Under the pieces are notes generated by a model that had not been told where the DNA came from, searched no databases, and saw only the letters and a program-made list of their open reading frames with translations. DNA of 37,343 nt, from NCBI RefSeq assembly GCF_001194135.2, contig NC_068999.1, positions 49,114,076 through 49,151,418 of the forward strand. Reading direction: 5' to 3'. The stretch is from Octopus bimaculoides (taxonomy: Eukaryota). The translations under genes were made by a program, and so were the position numbers. Below, piece after piece: positions 20,832-33,074 of the stretch. Numbering within the stretch: position 1 is the stretch's first letter; the number at the start of each line of letters is the position of its first letter.

Positions 20832-23231
20832 AGAAATGGTAAATGGTTTATGGTACAAAAGAAATCACCTTAAATTTACTAAAATAATCGAATTATGATT
20901 GGAAATATAATCTTAAAGTGTTCACTGTATCGTAGTGAGGATCTGATCAAAGNNNNNNNNNNNNNNNNNNNNNNNNNNNNNNNNNNNNNNNNNNNNNNNN
21001 NNNNNNNNNNNNNNNNNNNNNNNNNNNNNNNNNNNNNNNNNNNNNNNNNNNNNNNNNNNNNNNNNNNNNNNNNNNNNNNNNNNNNNNNNNNNNNNNNNNN
21101 NNNNNNNNNNNNNNNNNNNNNNNNNNNNNNNNNNNNNNNNNNNNNNNNNNNNNNNNNNNNNNNNNNNNNNNNNNNNNNNNNNNNNNNNNNNNNNNNNNNN
21201 NNNNNNNNNNNNNNNNNNNNNNNNNNNNNNNNNNNNNNNNNNNNNNNNNNNNNNNNNNNNNNNNNNNNNNNNNNNNNNNNNNNNNNNNNNNNNNNNNNNN
21301 NNNNNNNNNNNNNNNNNNNNNNNNNNNNNNNNNNNNNNNNNNNNNNNTTTTTTTTTTTTTTTTGTTATTATTTAATTCCAATATAATCGTAATCTACACC
21401 ATCTGAAAAGTATTTGTAGAAAATTTCATTAAAAAATACCACTTTACTGACGATATGATAAAACAAAGCTGACTCGTGTGAATTTTCCGATACTTCTTAC
21501 TCCATCCTCGGAAATTTTTTTTTCTTTTTCTTTTTCCCCACCAAATTCCGATATAATTGGAATCTAACACCATCTGATGCGTATTTGTGGAAATTTTCAT
21601 TAAAAAATTTTTTTTTATTTTTCTGAAAGTTATGAGGAAACAAAATCGGGACAGGGGTACACTTATGTAGGTATGCCTATATATAAATAAACATAAACCT
21701 AAATAAATAATCTTGAGTTCGGAAATCAAATTCACATTTCATAATTTGGAGAAACGAAGGAATCGAAATTAAAAAAAAAAAATCTGAAAGCCAGCGTGCA
21801 ATTGTACGGTGAGTGATGAAACAGTTAGGCTGTGATATTATATCCGGGGAAACACCTCTCCTCAGTGCTTTGTCTACTTATTCTCCTTCGTTTTAACTCT
21901 TATATTTTCGTTTTTGCTGTTTATAGTTCCTTTTCTCAATTTCACTCTTTACGTCTATAATTCGTTTTCTCCTTCCTATTAATAATTCGTTTTCTTTTTT
22001 TTTCTATTTACAATAGTCTATCTCTTTTTCTGTCTCACTCTCTCTATTGTTTTCTCTACATGCACGCACACCAAATATTTACCAGTGTGCGTGAATGTAC
22101 ATTAAACAAACCTGGTTCGCCCGCTGTTATAGGCTCTTGACTTAAAAGAGGGCATTTAACATTGCATCATGGATGTCTTTCGTAAAACATGTAAACTTTG
22201 GTCCTCGTGGTTCTACCTCGTATCGAGGAAACGGTATGTTTACCTCTTTGTCTTCATTACAAGACGCATTCGCACACGTCATTCTGTGATGTGAGTGTGT
22301 GCATGCGTTTACTTATCTATATTTTCTTTTATTATATTACTGTTACAAAAAGTTATTTATTCAAGGTCTTCGTGCGCCATCACTTTGACTAATTGGCCAA
22401 AAGATTAATAGGGTCTCAATCACAGCTTTTAACCAACGAGGGAATCTCTACACCTGGAGTGGGAGAATTTCTCCATCATCAAACTTAAAACTGCCCGCTG
22501 ATGAGGTCCGTAAAAATCCACGTGGAAAAAGAAAGAAAACAAATTGAAAGCCATTTTAAACCAAAACATTAATTTAATATAAATTGGATAATTATGAAAT
22601 TGTAAAATTAAAGATTAATAATTTTTTTTATCAACAGAGATGTGTCCCACAACCTGCCATAGTCCCCCGATAACTGAAAAAAAGGCTCCTCATTCGATAT
22701 GGCCACTCTATCTGCTAGAAATAATAACCAAATCGCTTACAAATTACACTTTACCGTCTTAAATAAAGAAAGGACATTAGATAATTGAGCAACTTTGATT
22801 AGCAATCTGTCCCATCACGATTGGAGCTAAAGGGGTATTGAGATTACGCAACGTTCGTGTATTTTCAATGACGTTAGTGACAAATGAAATGAGTGGCTTT
22901 AATCAGAAATTAAAATTTCGTCGAGGGTATACACTTAAGTAAGCTAATTTTTCAAACCGATTCTGTTGTTTCGCCCGTCCGTTAAGTTTTTACTGGACAT
23001 TTTTATGGTCTGTAGTATTGTATAACATAAGTTTTTGCTCTGAGGGTAGGTACAAATGAATTTGTTTTCTTCTAACCGCAAATCTTAATCTGAAAATTCT
23101 TTTTAAAATGTAGTTTTGCATGCTGATGACAAATATCACAGTTATTATTTTGGAAAGTTTATAATAAAGAAGTTAGAAGCAGTTAAATTTATGTATTTTT
23201 ACCCAATGAATTCCAAGCCAGTGTCCTCGCA

Positions 23232-23264
23232 GCGGAAGTCGAAACTATTTGTTGTCATGGCAAC
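23232..23264. promoter_or_regulatory. Candidate promoter: ETS-like GCGGAAGT plus RFX X-box GTTGTCATGGCAAC
   Basis: The X-box at 23251-23264 differs by one base from the palindrome GTTGCCATGGCAAC. The ETS-like core is at 23232-23239, in a locally CpG-containing stretch. Confidence 0.4.
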
Positions 23265-23479
23265 TCTAGTGTAGCGTGGGTGAAAGGATTGACAGCAACT
23301 AGGTTCTGTAAGGTGAAATTAGGAGTCAATATCACTACCATAGTAAACTATAAAAATTATTTACAGATCTGCGCGGAAGATTTGCCCAACAATCCAATGA
23401 AGATTTACAACCGGGTTTCAATTCCCATACAAGGCAAAAAGACACTTAGTGGAAGGGGTTAGGAAGAAGGAGAAATTAA

Positions 23480-23735
23480 GACAAGGAATGTATTTACTTC
23501 AGACTTGAAAAGAAGAAAACAATGAGATGGAAGAGAGTTCCAAAGTCTGGCAGTTCAAGATAAGAGCTACAACCATAGAAAGACTTCCATATTCATGGAA
23601 GCACAACAGCATTTGGATGAAGAAGCTGTGAGTTTCGAGTCAGGCGAGATGGCACAAAGTGATCTCGGACTAAGAGAGAAAGTTCATCAGAGCACTTCCT
23701 GTGGTAGTAATCATAGAAAAGACAAAGAACGGTGA
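23480..23735 (-). mobile_element. CR1/L2-group LINE, degraded 3' end of the RT ORF
   Basis: Minus frames read VLCLFYDYYHRKCSDELSLLV...RLTRNS..LHPNAVVLP and *TARLWNSLPSHCF, typical C-terminal motifs of this group. Confidence 0.7.
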
Positions 23736-24324
23736 CATTGCGTCACCGTGACAAGGCTTGCAGAGTTGAAGCAAGAAAGGGACCAGTCAAATTAAGAGAC
23801 TCACTTCTGAACCCATCTGAGGCAACCCAAGGCTTTGATCAGCCTGGGGTTATAATAAAAGACACTTGTCCAAGGTGCCATGCGATGGGACTGAACTCAA
23901 GACTACATGGTTTGGAAGCATGCTTTTCAAGCACACAGCCACACCTACACCTAATTGTTTGTGTTTTAATCCCAGATGAACCTTATTGAAGGAAACCTAT
24001 GAACAAAGACAGTCCAATATTGACAACACCGTCTTCTTGTCTTAGCACTGTATTCTGGGTTGAATTATTATCCACTGTCATTTGTTTAGACATTATGAGG
24101 GAGATTCAGGTGTTATTTCTAGCAATCAGTGACTACATGGAATTGCAACATCAGTTGTCGTCGTTGTTGTTGTTGTGGTGGTGGAGATAATGAAGGTGTG
24201 TCACACTTGTTTATTCTTTATCATTTAATGTACTACAAAGGAATTAAACATGTTACATAATACTGTAGTTATATAATAAGTTGTAATATATTATATAACA
24301 ATAGTAATAATCTTTTCTACTCTA

Positions 24325-24530
24325 GGCACAAGGCACAAAATTTTGGGGGGGAGGGGAGCCAGTCAAGTAGATTGACCCCAGTACGCAACTAATACTTAAT
24401 TTATTGACCCTGAAAAAATGAAAGGCAAAGTTGACCTCAGCGGAATTTGAACTTAGAATATAAAAACAGATGAAATACTGCTAAGCATTTTGCCCGGCAT
24501 ACTAATGTCTCCTCCAGCTTGCCACCTTAT
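24325..24530 (-). mobile_element. SINE family A variant
   Basis: Reverse-complement match to 18001-18200 and 20620-20760. Confidence 0.8.
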
Positions 24531-24840
24531 AACAATAGTAATCTTATTATATAACATAGTGTTAAAATTTCATTGTCATTTTCTCTCAAATTCATACATA
24601 AATACTTTATTTGGACACACACCTAATTAGTGTAAACATTCATACACACACACACACATACTTGAAGTTAGGTTTTTTAGACAAATTATAACAAACATAA
24701 CATGCTCAGGAAGAAGACATCAATATGTGTGTAGAGTGTAAATAATTTATTAGGCAGAAGTATAGAATGACAGTAAAACTATGTGCTTATGTGTGTGTAT
24801 TAATTGATTTTATGTCAAGTTGTATCTAAAATTTGGTTTT

Positions 24841-25265
24841 CATGCTATCCTCACCTATGGTCATGAATGTTGGATAATTACCAAAAGAGAACAATCGCAA
24901 ATACAAGTGACCAAAATAGGGTTCTTCCAAAGGATCTCTGGTGTAATGTTACTTAGCAAGGTGTGTAGCTTGGAGGACAGGGAGTCTCTCTAGGTCAAGC
25001 TGCCATTTCTATGCATTGGGAGGTCACAGCTTCAGTACTACAGGTATGTAGTTAGAATGTCATAGGAAAGAACCACAAGACAGATTCTTCATGCCAAGTC
25101 GACCAGCAGAAGACCTTGAGGTAGACCAAGAACGAGATGGTTGGATAATATCCATTGTCTCAGTTGGCCATGGCGGTTGCTTCTAATAGAACCCTATGGA
25201 GAAGGTGTCTGAGGACCCTACCCTGACAACCCTCCCAGGAATAGGGGACAGAAAATGGATGGATA
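24841..25265 (+). mobile_element. RTE-type LINE 3' fragment (dead RT C-terminus plus tail)
   Basis: HAILTYGHECWIITKREQSQIQVTKIGFFQRISGV...RSQLQYYRYVVRMS*ER...RRP*GRPRTRWLDNI, with three in-frame stops. Confidence 0.8.
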
Positions 25266-25599
25266 GATACTACAATACACACTTTATTACAAGATTAAAA
25301 AGACTCGAGATTTCTTTTCATTTTTTTTTTTTTTTTAAATTTTATGTGGAAGTACACAGGCTTTTTAGCTTATAACATTCGTGCTTTATTCAAAGTTAAC
25401 AACTATGTAAATGTAATGGAATTCAAACCAGGTAATGCAATCTGGTCACCAACATAACCTGTTGCAAACTTATCTCTTTACAACCATGAAATTCTGCTTT
25501 CTTTCAACTTGATAAAACACCCTAATTATTTAATTTTGCATAAATTAGATGTCTTATTCATGTCTTTTTCATTGGTAGTATTAACAGTATAAGAAAGCA

Positions 25600-25855
25600 G
25601 TGACGGAAACTGAAAGGAGCCTGTTGTATATATATACATATATATGTATATATATGTATATATTGCTTGACAACTAGTGTTGATATGTTTATGTCCCCCG
25701 TAACTTAGCACTTCGGCAAAAGAGATCAATAGAATAAATACTAGGCTTACAAAGAATTAGTCTTGGGGCTGAGTTCTTCAGCTAAAAAACCTTTTAAGCG
25801 GTGCTCCAGCGTGGTTGCAGTCAAATGACCGAAACAAGTAAAAGAATAGAAGAAA
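25600..25855 (+). mobile_element. SINE family B 3' part
   Basis: Match to 12056-12255. Confidence 0.75.
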
Positions 25856-28254
25856 ACATACATGTGTGCGTGTGTGGCGCTCCAGCATGGCCACAGCCTT
25901 TGGGCTGAAACGTATGTATGTATGTATATTAATGTTTTTTTTTTATGATGAATTATAAGAAAACCACTTTTACATTAAACTGAAGAATTACTCAATACTT
26001 TTTAGAGATTATATATATTTACAAGAAGAGCGGTGACTGTGACTCTGCCTTCGTCAGACAGTCCAACGAAGGCTAGCACGTCATACCTTCGAAGTCGCTG
26101 TCAACCCTCGTCTTGTAAAATTGTGTGTGTAGGACGGGCTTACACAGTTTCTATCTATCAAATTCGCTCCCAGGGCATTAGCCGGCCGGGACCTTAATGG
26201 AAGACGTATGTATGTGATTATGTGTGCGTGCGTATATGTATGTATGTGTAAATATATGTATGTATATATGCTTATATGTGTATATATATATATATATATA
26301 TACGTGTATGTATATATATATGTATGTGTTTTAATTTACGTATCTATGTGTCCGTCTTCCTGTCTTCGCATGTATTATGTAACACAGTGTATGCGTTTAT
26401 ATAACAGTGGGCACTGACATAAGGTGTATTTTGTTCGTATATTTCATTACATCGTAAATAATACCCCTTTTATCACTAACTCTAAACCCATATTTTTTCA
26501 TTATTTCAAGTTATCGGTCCCTATTATCACAGAACCCTTCTAAACCAACTACGTTAATTAATAACAACGACGGAAAAGGCCAGCAGAAACGTCAAATAAA
26601 CAAACAACACTTGTTTTGTTTACATTTTTTATAACTGATTCACTCTGTTGCCGACCGCACCTCCTACTTGTCTCTCTCTCTCTCTCTTTATCTCTGTCAA
26701 TCATTCTCGCTTTTTCTTTATCTCACATTCTCTCTCTCATTCTCTCTTTCCCCTCTCTCTCGTTCTCTCTTTCTCTCTGCCGTCTCTCATGTATGTATGT
26801 ATGTATGATTGTGTGTGTGTATGACTCTGAAAGAATGTGTATGTATGAGTGTGTGAGAGAGAGAGAAAGAGAGAGGGGGAAGAGAGAAGTAGATTGAGTG
26901 AGAGAAATAACTAGATAAGAGATAGTAAAATAATCCGTTTACTATTATATAACAAACCAAGCTACCCGGTGACAATGTAAAAAGAAGAGGCTCCGAAGGT
27001 AGTAATGAGATTTAGTTTGGAGAAAGGTAATCAGTACAAGTGAAATAATAATTCTGAATGCTTATAAACTAGGAATTGGTTTTCTTTCCCTTATCGCCAG
27101 ACCGGTTTTCGCCGATATTTCCTCGCTTGTCTCAATTTGTAACCCTTTAGCTAATAGTACATATCACACACATACACTTAAACACACATGTCAGTTACAC
27201 ATACGGATCCCAGTTTCCCGGTGGGAGATTTGTAGGAATTCTTACTGTATTGGATAGGTGACTATATTAATATTTATTTATTTTCCTCTTTTATGCACAT
27301 TTGATATATATATTTCTTTCTTTGACACACGCATACGCATATCATTTACACATACGGAGCCCAGTTTCCCAATGGGAGATTTGTAGGAATTCTTATTACT
27401 GTATTGAACAGGTGACTATGAAAACTGATTTCTTTTCCCCTTTCATCCACATTTCATAAATGTATCTCTCTTTCTTTGAGATTTATTTGGTTTTTATTTT
27501 TATTTTCTTTCGGTGAATCCAAGCCGGCCTCAACAAAATAATGTGGCTGAAGTTGCCAAAGATGTTACGTAAACGACCATCTCCGGTGACAAAACGATCG
27601 GAATATCGCATGGAAACGACATGCCACGTTCACCAAATTTACAAATAAATTAAATTGAGTTAATTAGTGTTTAATGGTATATTTTATTAACATCAACAGC
27701 ACAACTTAAATTTTTTTTTGTAGACATTCAGAGATTCCAAACGTGTAAATAATAGTTTCAAATTTTGGTACGAGCAAGGAATAAGAATGCCAGTCATATG
27801 CCAGCCTAGGGAGAATGCCCAAGGGACATTCATTCGATAGAGATACAAAAGAATGCCGATAAGTCGATTAGATCGACCTCAGTGGTCATCAGGCCGCTTG
27901 GCATTTTGTCCGACGCGCTATCGAGTCTGCCTAATACTCTTATGAACTAATGAAGGAGCTTATAATTACTAAGACTTAACTTTAATTAACAAGTTGTATG
28001 GTATATTCTATAAACAATGGAATCTCATACTTTTACATTGTGGGGAAATCTTTGGGGATTCCAGCTTCTTGTTTCAACGTAGTTCCTTCTGTTTTGCACT
28101 GGAAGGCGACAATTTTATCTAAAAAAAAAAATTTTTTTAAGAGTTATTGTAAGTAAAACTTGTTTCAGGAATTAATGAATATGTGAATGAGTTAAGTTGT
28201 ACTTGCGTGCGCGTGCGCATGTGTGTGTATGTATGAGTTGGGGTGTGTGTGTAC

Positions 28255-28445
28255 TCTTTTACTCTAATTTGTTTGTCATTTGACCGCAGCCATATTGGAG
28301 CACCGCCTTTAGTCGAACAAATCGACCCCAGGAATTATTCTTTGTAAGCCTAGTACTTATTCTGTCGGTCTTTTTTGCCGAACCTCTAAGTTACGGGGAC
28401 GTAAACACTCCGATATCAGTTGTCAAGCGATGTTGTGGGGGACAA

Positions 28446-28485
<40 letters not shown>

Positions 28486-28610
28486 CTGTGCACGATGGGC
28501 TTCTTTCAGTTTCCTTCTACCAAATCCACTCACAAGGCTTTGGTCGGCCCCACGCAGTGGTTGGTAAGCAAGCTATTTACCACACAATTTTTCCCTTCAC
28601 ACATACAGCC
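28255..28610 (-). mobile_element. SINE family B (internally deleted)
   Basis: Reverse-complement match to 11917-12255. Confidence 0.85.
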
Positions 28611-28814
28611 ACTCTATCTATCTCACTGGCAATATATAAGGTGCATGTATGAAATATTGGTAAAATTGCATCAATTTGCCTCTTCCTTTCATTTCTTTAA
28701 ACTAAGATGAGAAAAAAAAGGAACGACTTTGAGTTGACACAAAACAAAAGCTAGGAAAATTATTTACAATTTGTGTTGTCTACCGTTGTGCACCTAGAAA
28801 AGTTCTTCAATTTG

Positions 28815-29075
28815 GAGTGGCTGTGTGGTAGGTAGCTTGCTTACCAACCACATGGTTCTGGGTTCAGTCCCGCTGTGTGGCACCTTGGACAAGTGTCTTC
28901 TACTATAGCCTCGGGCAACCAATGTTGGTGTGTTTATGTCCCTGTAACTTAGCCGCTCGGCAAAAGAGACCAATAGAATAAGTACTAGGCTTATGAAGAA
29001 TAAGTCCTGGGGTTGATTTGTTTGACTAAAAGCAGTGCTCCAGCATGGCCACAATCAAATCACTGAAACAAATAA
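28815..29075 (+). mobile_element. SINE family B (central deletion)
   Basis: The head ggagtggctgtgtggtaggtagcttgc...ggttcagtccc is joined directly to the 3' half. Confidence 0.85.
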
Positions 29076-29717
29076 AATACATGTCCTTTAGGACATATCT
29101 GAATATCGCAGCAGCTTAAAATTTTGGCTTCTCTTAAAATCTTAAGTTTCGTGTTTTTCATATATAAAATGTTAAGTCATGTGTCAGGTTTGTTTGTATT
29201 TCTCTCTCTCTCTCTCTCTTCCTTTCCCTCTCTCCTCCCTTTATCCCTCCATTCTCTCTTCCCNNNNNNNNNNCTCTCTCTCTTCCTTTCCCTCTCTCCT
29301 CCCTTTATCCCTCCATTCTCTCTTCCCCCCCTCTCTCTCTCCCTACCTACTCTATCATAATAGCAAGAGGAAGCAGTGGCTATACTGAGAGACGTGCAGG
29401 AGAAAGAAAGTATTATTAAGGAAGGTAGCGGATTAGATACATAAATAGATTTACAGAGTAAGAGTGAGTGCATGAGTGACAGAGAGAGGGGGGGAGAGAT
29501 TGTTAACACTTGCCTATAAGTTAAGCAAGAAGACAATGTGGTGGTGGGGTAGAAAGAAAGTAAAAGAGGAGTGGTAGGAAAAAAGAAAGCAAAATCTCTA
29601 CTGTGTGTGTGTGTGAATGCTTATTTCTGTGTGTCATTGCATAACACCATTTGGACATCAATGAGGCTATGTTTACAATTTCTGTAAACATGAGGTGAAA
29701 TAAACACCAGAGATGCT

Positions 29718-29815
29718 ATGCTCCGAGTAGAAACTGCAGGAATTAATCAGAAAAAAAATTGCAAGCTTTTCTTTTTAATCCATTATCAATGTTGGAGGCA
29801 CTTCCCTACCAGCAG
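29718..29815 (+). CDS. ARH-family gene, predicted coding exon 1 (putative transit peptide)
   Basis: First ATG after an in-frame TGA (29691-29693): MLRVETAGINQKKNCKLFFLIHYQCWRHFPTS(R). Donor AG|GTATCT at 29816 is phase 2 and joins in frame to the acceptor at 30048. Confidence 0.5.
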
Positions 29816-29930
29816 GTATCTCAGGGTCACATGCATTTCTCCCCTTGGCCTGTACACTTCATGTGAGTAAAGGTAAAGTTACCTTTCCATATCATATTGA
29901 CTCTCTGTTCTATACTCTCCTCCACACTTA

Positions 29931-29975
<45 letters not shown>

Positions 29976-30047
29976 CACTCTCTTCCCCCCTCTCTGCTTC
30001 CTTTACATTTAAACATTTTTTCCCTTTCTCTACTGAAATTTTGCCAG

Positions 30048-30373
30048 AACCAACCAGAACTTCATGCGTTGCTTTCAAACCAGCGCTTGTTGCCAACACA
30101 AAGATATGAACTCCAATGAACTCAGTGAAGACAGCTCGACAACACCAACCACTAAAACACCCATCACCAAAACTCCAAAACCAATTTCAGAGAGTGTGAA
30201 GAGGGCCAAGTGTGAAGCATTATGGGGGATGTTTATTGGAGATGCTTTGTCCATGCCAGTCCACTGGTACTACAACACCAATGATATCCTGAAGAACTAT
30301 GACAGGTGGATATCAGACTACACAGCTCCAAAGACATTTTACAGTGGATCTATTCTTCCATTGTCTGCAGCTG
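30048..30373 (+). CDS. ADP-ribosylglycohydrolase-family protein, exon 2
   Basis: ...KRAKCEALWGMFIGDALSMPVHWYY... is the ARH/DraG first helix with a GDAL motif. Acceptor ttgccag ends at 30047; donor GTAAGT at 30374; alternative in-frame ATGs at 30064 and 30106. Confidence 0.9.
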
Positions 30374-30594
30374 GTAAGTATTCAATTCAGATTTTATTCT
30401 TTTTTATCTTCAATGTATTTTTTTCTCCTCCATGTCTTCACCATTTAAAAAAAAATATTTTCGATTATTTGTAGAAATAAAAGAGTTTGTAGATGTGGTA
30501 TTAAGCTACCAACTCATAAACCTTGAGTTCATTTCCATTACATATGTCTCATTGCATATTTGAGGGCAGTATACTCAACTCTAATGAAAATGTA

Positions 30595-30830
30595 AAGCCT
30601 AGTGGTTAAGGTGTTGCACTCACAATCATGAGATTACAATTTCAATTCCTGGATCAAGGAGGCTATCGTGTCTTTGAACAAAACACTTCATTTCATGTTG
30701 CTCTAGTCCATTCTGCTGTACATGAGTAACCCTGCAACACACCAGCATCCTGTTCAAGAGGCATGTTGTAACCTTGGTTACTTATAGACCATGGAAGCCG
30801 AGTCACTGGTGTGATGAGCCTTAGGACTCA
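30595..30830 (+). mobile_element. tRNA-derived SINE of a further family
   Basis: A-box-like TAGTGGTTAAGG and a degenerate B box, followed by gtgtctttgaacaaaacacttc, a central-domain-like sequence. Confidence 0.5.
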
Positions 30831-31071
30831 AGACGACACTAGCACTTGATTCTGTATGCTTCACCTACAAAAATAAACACTAGATCACCTGAGTTAGACT
30901 AGCATCCCATCCTGGGTGAGATTTGTCTCACATTTACTTCAAACCATAAAAACTAAGGCTGAGTACTACTGACAAAAATAGAATAGTGACAGTGAAAAGT
31001 CTCAGATTTGAAGGAGAGTGAGAGAAGGGGAAGAGATGAGAGAGAGTGAAAGAGAATGAGGAGAAAATATC

Positions 31072-31103
<32 letters not shown>

Positions 31104-32097
31104 ACGATAATTTAAAATAGATACGTAATGAAAAAAAAACTGGTTAATTAAGGCACAACAACGCTTTTTAAAGATTTTCTAATTATTTTTATTCCTTATT
31201 AATTTTTTTAATCATTTGTAACCAATATAATATCGTTCTTATAATCAACATTAACTTCACCGTTATCATTTTCATCGTCTTAAACACCCTCTTTAGCCTC
31301 TTCATTTAAAGTTTGCTTTCCACTCTACTGTGCTACTTAACAACCTTTTAATTAGATGCAAGGTCCTTGATGCTTTAATAGAGACTGGGAAGTTGCAGCA
31401 TTTATGCTGATTTCAAGGTCATTTAATAGCGACTTGGATTTCCGTCTGCAAACTTATATAAGCATTTCTATGGGAGATAACTTTGTAATTTATTACTCTG
31501 TAATATAAAGATTTACTTCCCTTCGGTGTTTTATCCTTAACGTATAATAATAATATTCAACCAACATTCACTTTTCCATGCATGCATGGATTGAGCGGAG
31601 TTTTTGAGGCATATTTTTTACGACCTGATGCCCTCCTTTTCGCCAACCCCCACTTGTTTCCAAGTAAGTTGATATTTCCCTATAGCCAGACATGATTTTG
31701 CAGAATATTGGAAATGAATAACATTGCATGTATGACTGGCATTCATTTACAACTATCGTGCATTGTCAAGAAAAAGAAACAACAAACATACATAGACGTT
31801 CACGCACAGAAATAAAAACAAGCGCGCGCGACGAACTTCTTTGTGAATGGATTTAGTATACCGAACTTCTTTTTGAATACTAAATCCATTCACAAGGCTT
31901 CTTTCAATTTCCTTCTGATAGCTAGACAAGCTGTGATTTGTAGAGTTATATTTCAGGCCCATAAACACAGTGCAACACCTGTGCAGGATACGAACTCACA
32001 ACTGACGATACGGTAGCCTGACGTACATTATGGTAGCCTTGTACCTGTAAAAGACAGACATAGATATGAAATTGCCTCTTTTTTAATCTGTCTAGTT

Positions 32098-32364
32098 CAG
32101 TGTTTCTCAACTGGGGTTCACACAACAAAATGTTAAATTGGGGCCCCTGAAAAATTCTGCTTTATATGTATGTATTAGTATGTATTGCGAGAAACAGCTA
32201 GGTATCGTTTTCTAGCGTTTTACATATTCAACATACACAAGTTAATGTGTGAAATACAAAATAGTAATAGCTTTTAAACATCAAATGGCTAGTGGGGGAG
32301 GAGGCAACTGAATAAAATAGTAATCAAAGGGGTCTGTTGGTAAAAAATGTTTGAGATCTCCCTG
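32098..32364. mobile_element. hAT MITE with perfect 8-bp TSD
   Basis: Ends CAGTGTTTCTCAA and TTGAGATCTCCCTG. TSD GTCTAGTT at 32090-32097 and 32365-32372. Confidence 0.85.
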
Positions 32365-32446
32365 GTCTAGTTTAGTATTCAGACCAATGAACATCACTCA
32401 TATTTCTATTTCTTTATGATGCTTCTATTTTTCATCCCTCTCTTAG

Positions 32447-32563
32447 ATGACAGTGGTCGCAAATCTTCAAGTAATAATCAAACCAAAGCCATTATAGGCC
32501 AAGTAATTTTACATGACAAACTTAAATTCTGGACAAGTGGAGATCCATATTTTTACCACCAAG
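32447..32563 (+). CDS. ARH-family protein, exon 3
   Basis: (D)DSGRKSSSNNQTKAIIGQVILHDKLKFWTSGDPYFYHQ(G). tcttag acceptor, GTAAGA donor, phase 1/1. Confidence 0.88.
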
Positions 32564-33074
32564 GTAAGATATATTTCAGGTTCATTAACTTAAGATTGTT
32601 GTCTAAATTGTTTTCACTGCAAAACTTTACTATTTATATTTGGGGAAAAACAGTGAGCTAGTGGGATAGTTAACATGTTGGACAAAATGCTTAATGGCAT
32701 TTTGTTTGTCCTTATGTTCTGAGTTCAAATTCCTCCAAGGTCAACTTTACTCTTCATGTGTGTGTGTGCGTATGTGTAACGGCATTCACCTGTGAGGGGT
32801 TAAGCCAGCTCCTATTGAGTTCACTGCATCACAGGTCAAAGCAGTCCATGCACATCTGTTGGTGGGTGATTCTGCAGTGTGTTGAAGCCATTCCTGGTTC
32901 CATGCTAAAGACTCAAGGGCCAGAAACAAGCTCCATGTCTGCTTTGACTGTCATCAAACTCTTATGAACTCACAACGAGACAGTCTACCCTTCGTACTTT
33001 CAGGACCAAAGAAATAAGTACTATAGGCCTTGTGCTTATAGTAAAAAGGAATATTTGGAAAAAAAGTAGTGAAC

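Noticed and set aside
21790-21815. Non-coding first exon ending at ACG|GTGAGT
   Set aside because: A good donor consensus alone is expected by chance in 37 kb, and there is no transcript evidence.
22496-22570. Hammerhead core CTGATGAG with a Penelope-like KE..I..FKP peptide
   Set aside because: No paired stem II closing onto GAAA could be built, and the peptide similarity is too short to support.
29211-29326. Identical about 53-bp direct repeat
   Set aside because: The copies flank a 10-N gap exactly, so this is most likely unmerged contig overlap.
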